This document shows, in pieces, positions 18,672-27,192 of a stretch of DNA of 64,000 bases (position 1 is the stretch's first letter; every line of letters begins with the position of its first letter). The notes under the pieces were generated by a model, which was given only the letters and a program-made list of their open reading frames with translations, was not told where the DNA came from and did no database searches. The translations under genes were made by a program, and so were the position numbers. The DNA comes from Ktedonobacteraceae bacterium. Lineage in GTDB: Bacteria > Chloroflexota > Ktedonobacteria > Ktedonobacterales > Ktedonobacteraceae. The stretch covers positions 23,624 to 87,623 of the forward strand of contig DASRHT010000056.1 of the NCBI GenBank assembly GCA_035650355.1. Reading direction: 5' to 3'.

Positions 18672-18719
18672 CCGCAACATGCAATGACTCCATTAAAGTG
18701 AGATGAAAGGAGCTTTTCC

Positions 18720-19034
18720 GTGAGCTTTTTCGATGTGACCACCAATGCGCGCCAGGGTTTCAGTATTGAACTGACAGATGAGGAGTTGAAGCTGGTGACA
18801 GGAGCCCGTGGCGGACATAACAACCACGGCAACCATAATCATCATAACCACAACAATCATCACAATCACAACAATCATCATAACCATCATAACCATCATA
18901 ACCACAACAACAATCATAACCACAACAATCATCATAACCGGCAAGTCAACCACAACAACAATAATAACAATAACTGCCATCGGCATCACCGTCACCATAA
19001 CCAGTTCTTTTGCAATAACAATGACAATGATTAG
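18720..19034 (+). CDS. double-glycine(GA)-leader peptide precursor B, His/Asn-rich core
   Basis: AAGGAG at 18707-18712 and GTG at 18720. The leader ...IELTDEELKLVTGA is paralogous to that of precursor A. The 75-aa core has about 26 His, 33 Asn and 2 Cys. Confidence 0.65.
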   Translation: MSFFDVTTNARQGFSIELTDEELKLVTGARGGHNNHGNHNHHNHNNHHNHNNHHNHHNHHNHNNNHNHNNHHNRQVNHNNNNNNNCHRHHRHHNQFFCNNNDND

Positions 19035-19087
19035 TTAATGCAAATGGGTGACCGAATAATGTCTGGCCAGTTTTGTTGATCTGGATC

Positions 19088-19118
19088 TACAAAGGCTCTC
19101 AAGGAAGGAGCCTTTGTA
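19088..19118 (+). terminator. 11-bp-stem hairpin after precursor B (possible partial terminator/attenuator)
   Basis: TACAAAGGCTC (19088-19098) pairs with GAGCCTTTGTA (19108-19118). No strong U-tract. Confidence 0.4.
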
Positions 19119-19206
19119 AGTTACCCGTTCTTGCTATATTTATTCTAAAATCTCTTTGCAATGCAATTATGCTGTATCAATACTATAGTAAAAAAGGGTG
19201 GTTGGT

Positions 19207-19791
19207 ATGTCGCATGATCGTCGTTCACTCTTTCGCGAAGATGCGATAAGGCGGTATATGCAAAGGCGGGAGAAGGATGTTTTCCCGCGCCTGGTATCTC
19301 CCCCTGTTTTTCTCTGTGCGTGGCTCCTGTTCGGGCTATTGTTGCTGGCCGGCTTAGTCGCCTGGTGGGCAGAAATTCCAACATTCGTCGATGGCTCCGG
19401 GATCGTCCTGACGCCAGAACAAACGCGCCGCTTCCCAAACGCTGCAACATCCATCCTGATTTTTTTACCGCAGGTATATGCTGCACAAATACATACAGGC
19501 CAGCCGGTCCGCATTCAGGTTGACGCCGATGAACCAGAAATTCTCAGCAGGATTGAGCATATTGAACCAGGAATTATCAGTCCCGCCGCTGCCCGTCAAC
19601 GCTATGCGCTCGATAGCGAGGAGGGGCAAGCTATCGATCAACCCTCTATTGTTATTCTGGCGCAGCCTCGGCAGAAGCTGGATTCCAGTGTATATGCAGG
19701 CAGCCTGGTTCAGGCTCAAGTCCAGGTTGGCTCGCGTCGTGTACTCTCGCTCTTTCCAGGTCTGGATGGGTTGATGTTGATAAGAGGTTAA
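19207..19791 (+). CDS. short HlyD-like (membrane-fusion/bacteriocin secretion accessory-like) protein
   Basis: N-terminal SLFREDAIRRYMQ resembles the LFRxEAL start of HlyD-family accessory proteins, followed by one TM (VFLCAWLLFGLLLLAGLVAWW). At about 195 aa it has no long coiled coil. The stop lies 3 nt before the exporter ATG. Confidence 0.5.
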   Translation: MSHDRRSLFREDAIRRYMQRREKDVFPRLVSPPVFLCAWLLFGLLLLAGLVAWWAEIPTFVDGSGIVLTPEQTRRFPNAATSILIFLPQVYAAQIHTGQPVRIQVDADEPEILSRIEHIEPGIISPAAARQRYALDSEEGQAIDQPSIVILAQPRQKLDSSVYAGSLVQAQVQVGSRRVLSLFPGLDGLMLIRG

Positions 19792-19794
19792 ACG

Positions 19795-22008
19795 ATGAAC
19801 GCAACGAAAAAGCAACGCTCAACGCTATGGGCAAGCATTCGAGGCAGGTTTCGCCGCCGCGTGCCACAGCTTATGCAGATGAACGCCGTAGAGTGTGGGG
19901 CCGCCTGCCTGGCGATGATTCTCTGCTATTATGGGCGCAAAACCAGCGTCTCGGAGATATCGGAGTATCATGGTGTTGGGCGCGACGGGCTTTCGGCCCT
20001 CTCCATTGTCAATGCGGCCCGCAGCTATGGCTTGCGCGTGAGAGCCGTCTCCGTGCAAGAGAACGACCTGCGCTTCGTGCGCCTGCCCGCCATTGTTCAC
20101 TGGCAATTCAATCACTTCCTGGTTGTTGAGCGCTGGACTCCCCGCTATGTGGATGTGGTTGACCCTGCCGCCGGTTACAAGCGCATGACGGCGGAGGAGT
20201 TTGACGAGGGCTTTACTGGCGTCATACTGATGATGGAGCCGGGCGTCCACTTTGCCCGTCGCTCGCGCCGTCCTGGTATCTCGTTGCGCGCTTATGTGGT
20301 GCAATATATAAAACAGGTGCCGCTGGTGCTGGTACAGATCATTGGCGCCTCGCTCCTGCTGCAAGTCTTTGGGCTCTCAGTACCTATCCTGACCAAAGTG
20401 GTGATAGATCAGGTGATACCACATGGGATGACTGCTATTCTGCCCTTGCTGGGTGTTGGTCTGCTGATCATGATGTTGGCCGAGCTGGTCATCGTGCTGC
20501 TGCGCGCATTCCTGTTAATCTATCTCGAAGGATGCATCGATACCCAGATCCTGCCAGGCTTTCTTGAACATCTCCTTACCCTGCCGCTGCGCTTTTTCCA
20601 GCAGCGCTCCAGCGGCGATATTATGACGCGTATCTCCAGCAATGCTGCTATTCGCGGTATTATCGGCAGCAATCTTATCTCAACCTTTCTAGATGGCAGC
20701 CTGATTATCATCTACTGGTTCATTTTGCTTTCACAATCATTTGTCTTTAGTATGATCGTGCTGGGTATTGGTTCGCTCCAGGTATTGCTGTTGCTGTGTA
20801 CGGCGTCGAAGTTTCGCGTTTTATCGAGCCGCGAACTGGAGGCGGCGGGCAAAACACAGGGCTACATGACCGAGATGCTCACGGGCATAACGACGATCAA
20901 AGCAGCCGGAGCCGAGCAGCGGGCATTCGAACGCTGGTCCAACCTGTTTTTTGAGCAACTGAACGTCACTTTGCGCATGGATTACCTTTCCTCGACCGTT
21001 AGCATCTTTATGGGAACGTTGCAGACGCTCTCTCCCCTGCTCCTACTCTGGGTCGGAACTATTGATGTGCTCAATGGCACGATGCAGATCGGCACGATGC
21101 TGGCATTGAACGCGCTGGCAACCGCATTCCTGGCCCCTCTAAGCTCGCTGGTGAGCAGCGGACAGCAATTGCAACTGGTACGTGCGCACCTCGACCGCAT
21201 CGCCGATGTAGCGGAGGCCGAGGCGGAGCAGGATGTGCAGGCGGTACGCTATCCTCCACGCCTGTCAGGAAAGATCCGGCTGGAGCATGTATGTTTTCAA
21301 TACGACGCCAACGCGCCAATGACACTGGCGGACATCAACCTGAGCCTTGAGCCGGGGCAACGCATCGCCATTGTTGGACGGACAGGCTCGGGTAAGAGCA
21401 CGCTCGGCAAACTTCTGCTGGGCTTATGCATTCCCAGCAGCGGCGAGATCTTCTATGATGATATCTCCCTGCTCGATCTCAACTACCAGGCCGTGCGTAC
21501 GCAATGCGGCGTGGTTATGCAGGATGCGAGCATTTTCAGCGGCTCGATCCGGCAAAATATCGCCTTCAATAACCCCGATACTGACATGGAGTGTGTTATC
21601 AACGCGGCGCGAGCGGCGGCGCTACACGAAGATATTGTGCAGTGGCCAATGGGATACGAGACCTTTGTGGCGGAAAGAGGCAATGCGCTCTCGGGCGGCC
21701 AGCGTCAGCGCCTGGCTATTGCCCGCGCGCTGGCCCACAACCCGGCGATCCTGCTGCTCGACGAGGCCACCAGTTCCCTGGACGTCAGCACCGAGCGTAT
21801 TGTCGAGCAAAATCTCGATGCGCTCTCATGCACCCAGATCATCATCGCCCATCGCCTGAGCACTATTCGCAACGCGGACGTCATTCTCGTACTTGATCAG
21901 GGACGAATTGTGGAGCGCGGCACGCATCAAGAGCTACTGGCAAAAAACGGCCACTACGCCGATCTCATTCATGACCAGTTGGCGCAGGAGGCACTGAAAG
22001 CGTCGTAA
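19795..22008 (+). CDS. peptidase-C39-domain ABC transporter (peptide-cleaving/exporting PCAT type)
   Basis: 737 aa. QMNAVECGAACLAMILCYYG carries the C39 catalytic Cys, with HWQFNHFLVV for the His. Six TM segments. Walker A GRTGSGKST, signature LSGGQRQR, Walker B ILLLDEATS. Confidence 0.9.
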   Translation: MNATKKQRSTLWASIRGRFRRRVPQLMQMNAVECGAACLAMILCYYGRKTSVSEISEYHGVGRDGLSALSIVNAARSYGLRVRAVSVQENDLRFVRLPAIVHWQFNHFLVVERWTPRYVDVVDPAAGYKRMTAEEFDEGFTGVILMMEPGVHFARRSRRPGISLRAYVVQYIKQVPLVLVQIIGASLLLQVFGLSVPILTKVVIDQVIPHGMTAILPLLGVGLLIMMLAELVIVLLRAFLLIYLEGCIDTQILPGFLEHLLTLPLRFFQQRSSGDIMTRISSNAAIRGIIGSNLISTFLDGSLIIIYWFILLSQSFVFSMIVLGIGSLQVLLLLCTASKFRVLSSRELEAAGKTQGYMTEMLTGITTIKAAGAEQRAFERWSNLFFEQLNVTLRMDYLSSTVSIFMGTLQTLSPLLLLWVGTIDVLNGTMQIGTMLALNALATAFLAPLSSLVSSGQQLQLVRAHLDRIADVAEAEAEQDVQAVRYPPRLSGKIRLEHVCFQYDANAPMTLADINLSLEPGQRIAIVGRTGSGKSTLGKLLLGLCIPSSGEIFYDDISLLDLNYQAVRTQCGVVMQDASIFSGSIRQNIAFNNPDTDMECVINAARAAALHEDIVQWPMGYETFVAERGNALSGGQRQRLAIARALAHNPAILLLDEATSSLDVSTERIVEQNLDALSCTQIIIAHRLSTIRNADVILVLDQGRIVERGTHQELLAKNGHYADLIHDQLAQEALKAS

Positions 22009-22023
22009 AAGGGATGAGGGGTA

Positions 22024-23175
22024 TCAGCCTCCTTTGACGTTGGACAGGTTGCCGGAGTTTTTCCCATTATCTCCGTTGCTCCCGTTCTTCCCGCCGCCGT
22101 TGCCACCTCTGCTGCCGCCTCCTCCTCCATCATTATGTCTATGGCCGTTATCATTTTTGTTGCCCTGGTCATCTTTTGGCACAACCAGGGTGATCGCATT
22201 CGTTTGCGCCGCGGTGCCATCGGAATTAAGAATGCCAATCGTATGGGGCGATTGCGTGTTCTGCCAGGGTATGACGAAAACGTAAACGCCATTTTGAAAA
22301 GAGCCTGTGTTGGTCACAACGCGATTATCAATAAGCAACTGCGCGCCATTGGAGAGATTGCTGCCGGTGAGGCTAATCATGGCCTGTTCCTGGGGATGGA
22401 AGGAGAGCACCATGAAAACGCTCTGTAGATGTGGCACGGTATCGCCCAACTGCGCCAGCCTGGCAGTCGTTTGCAGGCGCTCATCGATAGTTAACAGGGG
22501 GAGCAGCCCCCGCAACGTGGTGCGCATCTCACTGCGGGTTTGAGCCAGTTCGTCCGACAGGCGGTCCCGGTCAGCTCCGGCAGGTAATGTATTAATGATC
22601 TGGACAATCATGTCGATCTGCTGGTCTATATCCGCCAGGTCCTGGTAATAGGCTGTTGTATCGGCAGGGGTAGTCAGGCTGGTCAGCGATTTGAGGCGGT
22701 CAAGAACGATCTGGCGGCACACTTCGGCGCGATCCAGGGGGGAGTGCGCCAGGGAGATCTGTACATTTTGTTCCCAGTTCTTCACCACATACAACGGGCT
22801 GGTAGGGCCGGAAGCCTGCGCCACCGCTAACACGCCAGTTCCCAGCAGCAGGCACAGCAGCGTAATACTGGCGATAAGCAACGCGCGCCGGGGCTGCCAG
22901 GCCGGCCAGGGAAGCCAGCTCCATCGCGAGAGCGCCAACCTTTTCTGCTGTAACTGCGCATTCCGCAGCAGCAGACGTTGCTCCAGGTGCCTGGCAAAGA
23001 CAGGCGATGCTTCTAAAGAGGGTGCGGATTGTATACGATCCGCCAGCTTGACCAGTTCATCTACTTCTGGATCATTGCCGAGAGCATCGAGTAATTGGCC
23101 CTGTTGTTCCGTGTTGTGCCAAAAAGTAATCTGTTGTTCAAGCCGATCATTGAGCCGGTCAGGAAGTGGTCTCAT
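22024..23175 (-). CDS. putative anti-sigma factor (single-pass membrane protein with extracytoplasmic domain and Gly/Asn-rich tail)
   Basis: Overlaps the upstream ECF sigma gene by 17 nt. TM LLIASITLLCLLLGTGVLAVA. C-terminus KDDQGNKNDNGHRHNDGGGGGSRGGNGGGKNGSNGDNGKNSGN. Confidence 0.6.
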   Translation of the reverse strand: MRPLPDRLNDRLEQQITFWHNTEQQGQLLDALGNDPEVDELVKLADRIQSAPSLEASPVFARHLEQRLLLRNAQLQQKRLALSRWSWLPWPAWQPRRALLIASITLLCLLLGTGVLAVAQASGPTSPLYVVKNWEQNVQISLAHSPLDRAEVCRQIVLDRLKSLTSLTTPADTTAYYQDLADIDQQIDMIVQIINTLPAGADRDRLSDELAQTRSEMRTTLRGLLPLLTIDERLQTTARLAQLGDTVPHLQSVFMVLSFHPQEQAMISLTGSNLSNGAQLLIDNRVVTNTGSFQNGVYVFVIPWQNTQSPHTIGILNSDGTAAQTNAITLVVPKDDQGNKNDNGHRHNDGGGGGSRGGNGGGKNGSNGDNGKNSGNLSNVKGG

Positions 23176-23923
23176 CGTACTTCCTCCTGGTGTGAGCGTA
23201 GTGGTGCGCGTGGTTAAAGGGAAGCCTCCCTATAGCTTCGGTCTCAAAACTCTCAATAGAGCCAGTTGCAAAATTGGAGCGCGGATCATTGGGCTGCGAG
23301 TTCTTCTCTTTAAGCAAACGATGCAGGCTCTGTAACGCACGGAATTGCAAGGCTTTGACCGCATTGGCTTTCTTGCCGGTCATGCGTGCAACGGTGGCTA
23401 CATCATATCCCATAATCAAGCGACCAACCAGCACCTGTCGCTGTTCTTCCGTCAGGGCGTTAATAGCTTGAACGACAGTTTGCCATTCCGCGCGGGCCTC
23501 CGCCTGTAGGACGGGATCGGCCTCCGCTTGAGTTGTATAGCCTATTTCGTCACCTTCCCCTGAAACAGGATCGAGAGGAACAAATGCTGGCTGGTTTTCG
23601 CGTTTGCGGTAGTAGCCAGCAATGGTATTGCGTGCAATTTGTAAAAGCCAGGCAGCAAACCCTGCCGCGTCATTGGTTCTGACGCGGTGAATGCTCTCGA
23701 CCATGCTTAAAAAGACCTCCGAGGTCAGATCCTCTGCCGTAGCGCGATCTGGAACCCGAGTGGCGATGTATCCAAATATGCCAGGAAGAAACTGGCGGTA
23801 TAACGTGCTCAGAGACTCCGATTCGCCCTGCCGCGCCTGGTCGAGCAGGCGGCTAAATACAGGAGATCCATGACCTTGATCAGAAGCGCCGCCTTCGGAG
23901 GAACTCCGCCTGGAAAACATCAA
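23159..23923 (-). CDS. ECF-type RNA polymerase sigma-70 family factor
   Basis: 254 aa. Region 2 (DLTSEVFLSMVESIHRV...FAAWLLQIARN) and region 4 (LTEEQRQVLVGRLIMGYDVATVARMTGKKANAVKALQFRAL). Confidence 0.85.
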   Translation of the reverse strand: MMFSRRSSSEGGASDQGHGSPVFSRLLDQARQGESESLSTLYRQFLPGIFGYIATRVPDRATAEDLTSEVFLSMVESIHRVRTNDAAGFAAWLLQIARNTIAGYYRKRENQPAFVPLDPVSGEGDEIGYTTQAEADPVLQAEARAEWQTVVQAINALTEEQRQVLVGRLIMGYDVATVARMTGKKANAVKALQFRALQSLHRLLKEKNSQPNDPRSNFATGSIESFETEAIGRLPFNHAHHYAHTRRKYDETTS

Positions 23924-24269
23924 TCAGAGTACTCTCCTGTGAGTTGCTATCTATGATAAATGGCTGAATATGCAAAATGATTGGAGACCCGCATACCGTC
24001 TCTGCCTTGTTGCTAGTCCGGCAGGGAAAAAGATGGGGGCCCGGCAGAGGTCTCCTTATATTTAGATGCAATATTCCCCGTTGTGGTTACGGGTAAGACG
24101 CAATATGATCGATATTGCCTAATTTTGGGCAGACCGTAACCAATTTCTGGCAAAACACAACCTTACTTATGACAAGCATCGGATGGTCAGGCTGCTTATT
24201 CCCCGGTAAACAGGAGACCATTCGATACCTGAGATATTTAGCAGATGTGCCAGAGAAAGGAAACGTATT

Positions 24270-24920
24270 GTGAGAATTATTAGCACCCTCAGTACCCTGC
24301 TCAAAGGTAAGGTATTAGCAGCCATTCTTGTTGGTGTCTTCGTCGCTGGCGGAAGTGTGGCGGTGATGGCCGCTACGCCAATGGGACAAAACGCTGTTCC
24401 CCCAACCAGCAACACAGCAAAAGCTGCTGTAACCGCACATCCTACCACTGAGCCTAGACAGGAAGATAAGGGGCAAAATGATGATGGGGCAGATAAAGAC
24501 AGTAAGAATACTACTAACAACCAGACGACCGGTTGCCCTGCCCTTCCTCAAATCCAGCAACTCGCGTCCGAATTCGGTCTTAGCACTGCCGCGACCAGCA
24601 ATACTATCAAGACGATCTGCGCGCTCCATGATGGCACGTTCAAAGGGACTACCAGTGCAGGAGCCGCCGTCTCTTCCACCCGTGTCTTTGGCGTCGGTGA
24701 AATCGAGGCGTTGCTTGCCCTATCTAAATTTACGGCTACGCATAGCGGTACGAACATGACGGATGCCAACGTCCAGACGCTGCTGGCGAACGTCTTGCAG
24801 CAATGTGGCTCGAAATCGCTGATCGACTGCGTGAAGGATGTTATCCCGAATTTCCATCCGACGAATGGCAACGGCAACGGCAACGGTGATGGCGATCATG
24901 GCAATCACGGAAAATATTAG
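24270..24920 (+). CDS. secreted/membrane-anchored hypothetical protein with NGNGNGNGDGDHGNHG tail
   Basis: GTG start with an AAAGGA RBS. N-terminal TM/signal segment VLAAILVGVFVAGGSVAVMAA. Four Cys. Divergent from the ECF sigma gene. Confidence 0.55.
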   Translation: MRIISTLSTLLKGKVLAAILVGVFVAGGSVAVMAATPMGQNAVPPTSNTAKAAVTAHPTTEPRQEDKGQNDDGADKDSKNTTNNQTTGCPALPQIQQLASEFGLSTAATSNTIKTICALHDGTFKGTTSAGAAVSSTRVFGVGEIEALLALSKFTATHSGTNMTDANVQTLLANVLQQCGSKSLIDCVKDVIPNFHPTNGNGNGNGDGDHGNHGKY

Positions 24921-24985
24921 CAATAGTGGAGGAAAGAGGACAGACATATTTTTTCTTCACGTACCCTGGCACATGACGCGAACTG

Positions 24986-25013
24986 GTAGGGGCGAGGCTC
25001 GCCCTCGCCCTGC
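24986..25013. repeat. REP family 1 copy
   Basis: GTAGGGGCGAGGCTCGCCCTCGCCCTGC. Confidence 0.8.
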
Positions 25014-25150
25014 TGACCACCCGTATTGCAAACTGTACCAGTGTTGTCTTGCCTGTTCCCAGTATCCGGCCAACCTGCTCTCCTCCCCCTATAGGGAGAC
25101 TGGCTGGCCGGATCACGTCTGGCGTACTTTGACCTGTACGAATCTCTCAA

Positions 25151-26143
25151 TCACTCCTCAGACGCTTGCATGATGTCCCGCACTTCTTTCCCGACCTGCT
25201 CGACCTGGTGACGGGCGTAGCGGTGGCGCATGGTCAGAAAACTGGGGCGGCCAACCTGATTTTCGAGCATCCAGTTGCGCGCAAAGAGCCCGTTCTGTAT
25301 CTCCTGCAATACCTGGCGCATCTCCTCGCGCGTGCGCCGATTGATGAGGCGCGGACCCGCGACGTAAGCGCCATATTCGGCGGTGTCGCTGATGGCCCGG
25401 TGCATGTAGTCCATGCCGCCCTGGCATAGCAGGTCAACGACCAGCTTCACCTCATGCACACACTCGATATATGCTACTTCCGGTTGGTAGCCAGCCGCGA
25501 TCAACGTCTCGAAGCCAGCCAGCACGAGTTCGGTCATGCCTCCGCACAGCACCGCCTGCTCGCCAAAAAGATCGGTCTCGGTCTCTTCGCCGATGGTGGT
25601 GCGCAGCGCGCCCGTACGCGTGCAGCCAATCGCACGGGCGTATGCCAATGCGAGTGCCTCGGTCTGGCCGCTGGCATCCTGATGCACCGCCCAGAGGGCA
25701 AAGAGGCCGGAGCCTTTTGTATACAACCGCCGCAGCGTGTGACCAGGACCTTTGGGCGCGACCATTGCCACATCAATGTCGGCGGGAGGAACGATTTGAG
25801 AATAGTGCAGGCTGAATCCGTGGCACGTCATTAGCATTTTGCCAGGGGTTAAGCCTGGACGAATCTCGCGCTCGAATATCTCTCTGTGGTCCTGGTCTGG
25901 AGCCAGGATCATGATGATATCGGCCCGAGCCGCTGCTTCGGTGGAGGTCATCACCGCGAAGCCATCAGCCTCGGCCCGCTGACGGCTCTTGCTATCGGCA
26001 GGTAAGCCAACAATGACATCGCAGCCGCTATCCCGCAGGTTGAGCGCGTGCGCGTGCCCTTGATTGCCGTAGCCGATGGCCGCTATTCTCTTCTGTTGCA
26101 GCAAAGACAGGTTGGTGTCGGCATCATAATAGATATGCGCCAC
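25151..26143 (-). CDS. ilvC: ketol-acid reductoisomerase
   Basis: 330 aa. IAAIGYGNQGHAHALNLRDSG NADP-binding motif and overall class I KARI layout. Confidence 0.93.
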   Translation of the reverse strand: MAHIYYDADTNLSLLQQKRIAAIGYGNQGHAHALNLRDSGCDVIVGLPADSKSRQRAEADGFAVMTSTEAAARADIIMILAPDQDHREIFEREIRPGLTPGKMLMTCHGFSLHYSQIVPPADIDVAMVAPKGPGHTLRRLYTKGSGLFALWAVHQDASGQTEALALAYARAIGCTRTGALRTTIGEETETDLFGEQAVLCGGMTELVLAGFETLIAAGYQPEVAYIECVHEVKLVVDLLCQGGMDYMHRAISDTAEYGAYVAGPRLINRRTREEMRQVLQEIQNGLFARNWMLENQVGRPSFLTMRHRYARHQVEQVGKEVRDIMQASEE

Positions 26144-26171
26144 GATCCTATTTTCCTTTCATTCAGGGCTA

Positions 26172-26264
26172 CCGTAGGGGCAGGGCTAGCCCCTGCCCTG
26201 CTCGTCACTGCCCTGGTTTACCGTAGGGGCTGACAGGGCTGGCTCCTGCCCTGTTAGCCCCTAC
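26172..26264. repeat. two REP family 1 palindromes between ilvC and panB
   Basis: CCGTAGGGGCAGGGCTAGCCCCTGCCCTGC (26172-26201) and GTAGGGGCTGACAGGGC..GCCCTGTTAGCCCCTAC (26223-26264). The second contains the panB stop codon. Confidence 0.9.
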
Positions 26265-27118
26265 CGATGATCGTCTCGCTGGGCGTAGAGAGAAAGCGAT
26301 TCCGCCTCTGTTTCGTTCATATGATAGCTCTCGGCTGCCGAGGGGTATTCTCCCGATTGCACATCGGCAAAAAAGTGCTGAAGCGCCTCGGTGGCGGTAT
26401 CAAATAAACGAGCATACTGGCGGACAAACTTTGCCATCCGCGCATCGTGGAAGCCCAGCACGTCGTGGAATACCAGCACCTGCCCATCACAATGCGGCCC
26501 CGCGCCAATGCCAATGGTGGGGACCTGCACTTCTCTGGTGATCATCTGCGCCAGCACGTCGGGGATGCCTTCCAGAATAATGCTGAAGACGCCTGCGTTG
26601 GCCAGCGCGTGCGCGTCAGCCAGCAGTTCGCGCGCGGCATCCGCTTTTTTGCCCTGCACCTTAAAGCCTCCCATCGAGTGGAACGATTGCGGCGTCAGCC
26701 CCAGGTGTCCCATGACGGGGATCTCGGCTGCCAGTAGCGCCTCGATCATGGGTAAACGCTTGCGTCCGCCCTCTAATTTCACTGCGCTCACCCCGCCCTC
26801 GCGAATCAGGCGTCCGGCGTTGCGCACCGTTTCTTCTGCCGACAGATGAAAGCTCAGCCAGGGCATATCGCCGACCACCAGGGCCTGTGGTTTCGTGCGG
26901 GTCACAGCCGCGCTATGATAGACTATCGTATCGACGGTCACGGGTAGCGTATTCTCATATTCTAGTATGACCGTGCCCAAAGAGTCGCCTACCAGGATAA
27001 TATCCGCCTCAGCCCGGTCCGCGATGCGCGCTGAGGGACCATCATAAGCCGTGACCATCCTGATCCTGGGGCCGCCTTTGCGAGCCAGGATCGACGGCAC
27101 AGTGACTTTTTCTCGCAT
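26261..27118 (-). CDS. panB: 3-methyl-2-oxobutanoate hydroxymethyltransferase
   Basis: MVTAYD...ILVGDSLG...KLEGG motifs. ATG 27118 (MREKVTVPSILARK) is preferred over the longer ORF start at 27226, which would overlap panC. Confidence 0.9.
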   Translation of the reverse strand: MREKVTVPSILARKGGPRIRMVTAYDGPSARIADRAEADIILVGDSLGTVILEYENTLPVTVDTIVYHSAAVTRTKPQALVVGDMPWLSFHLSAEETVRNAGRLIREGGVSAVKLEGGRKRLPMIEALLAAEIPVMGHLGLTPQSFHSMGGFKVQGKKADAARELLADAHALANAGVFSIILEGIPDVLAQMITREVQVPTIGIGAGPHCDGQVLVFHDVLGFHDARMAKFVRQYARLFDTATEALQHFFADVQSGEYPSAAESYHMNETEAESLSLYAQRDDHR

Positions 27119-27192
27119 GATTATTCCTTTCTGATATCCCTGTGATATGAAAATGACGATGTATGGATAACAAACGAGCGACAAACAGGCAA

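Noticed and set aside
18693-19038. Val/Met/Ile-rich antisense ORF (18693-18998) and Thr/Ile-rich +frame ORF (18808-19038) over the His/Asn repeat
   Set aside because: Both are alternative readings of the same CAY/AAY microsatellite-like DNA. Neither has an RBS or a leader. The 18720 frame has an AAGGAG RBS and a leader paralogous to the neighbouring precursor. They cannot be fully excluded without translation data.
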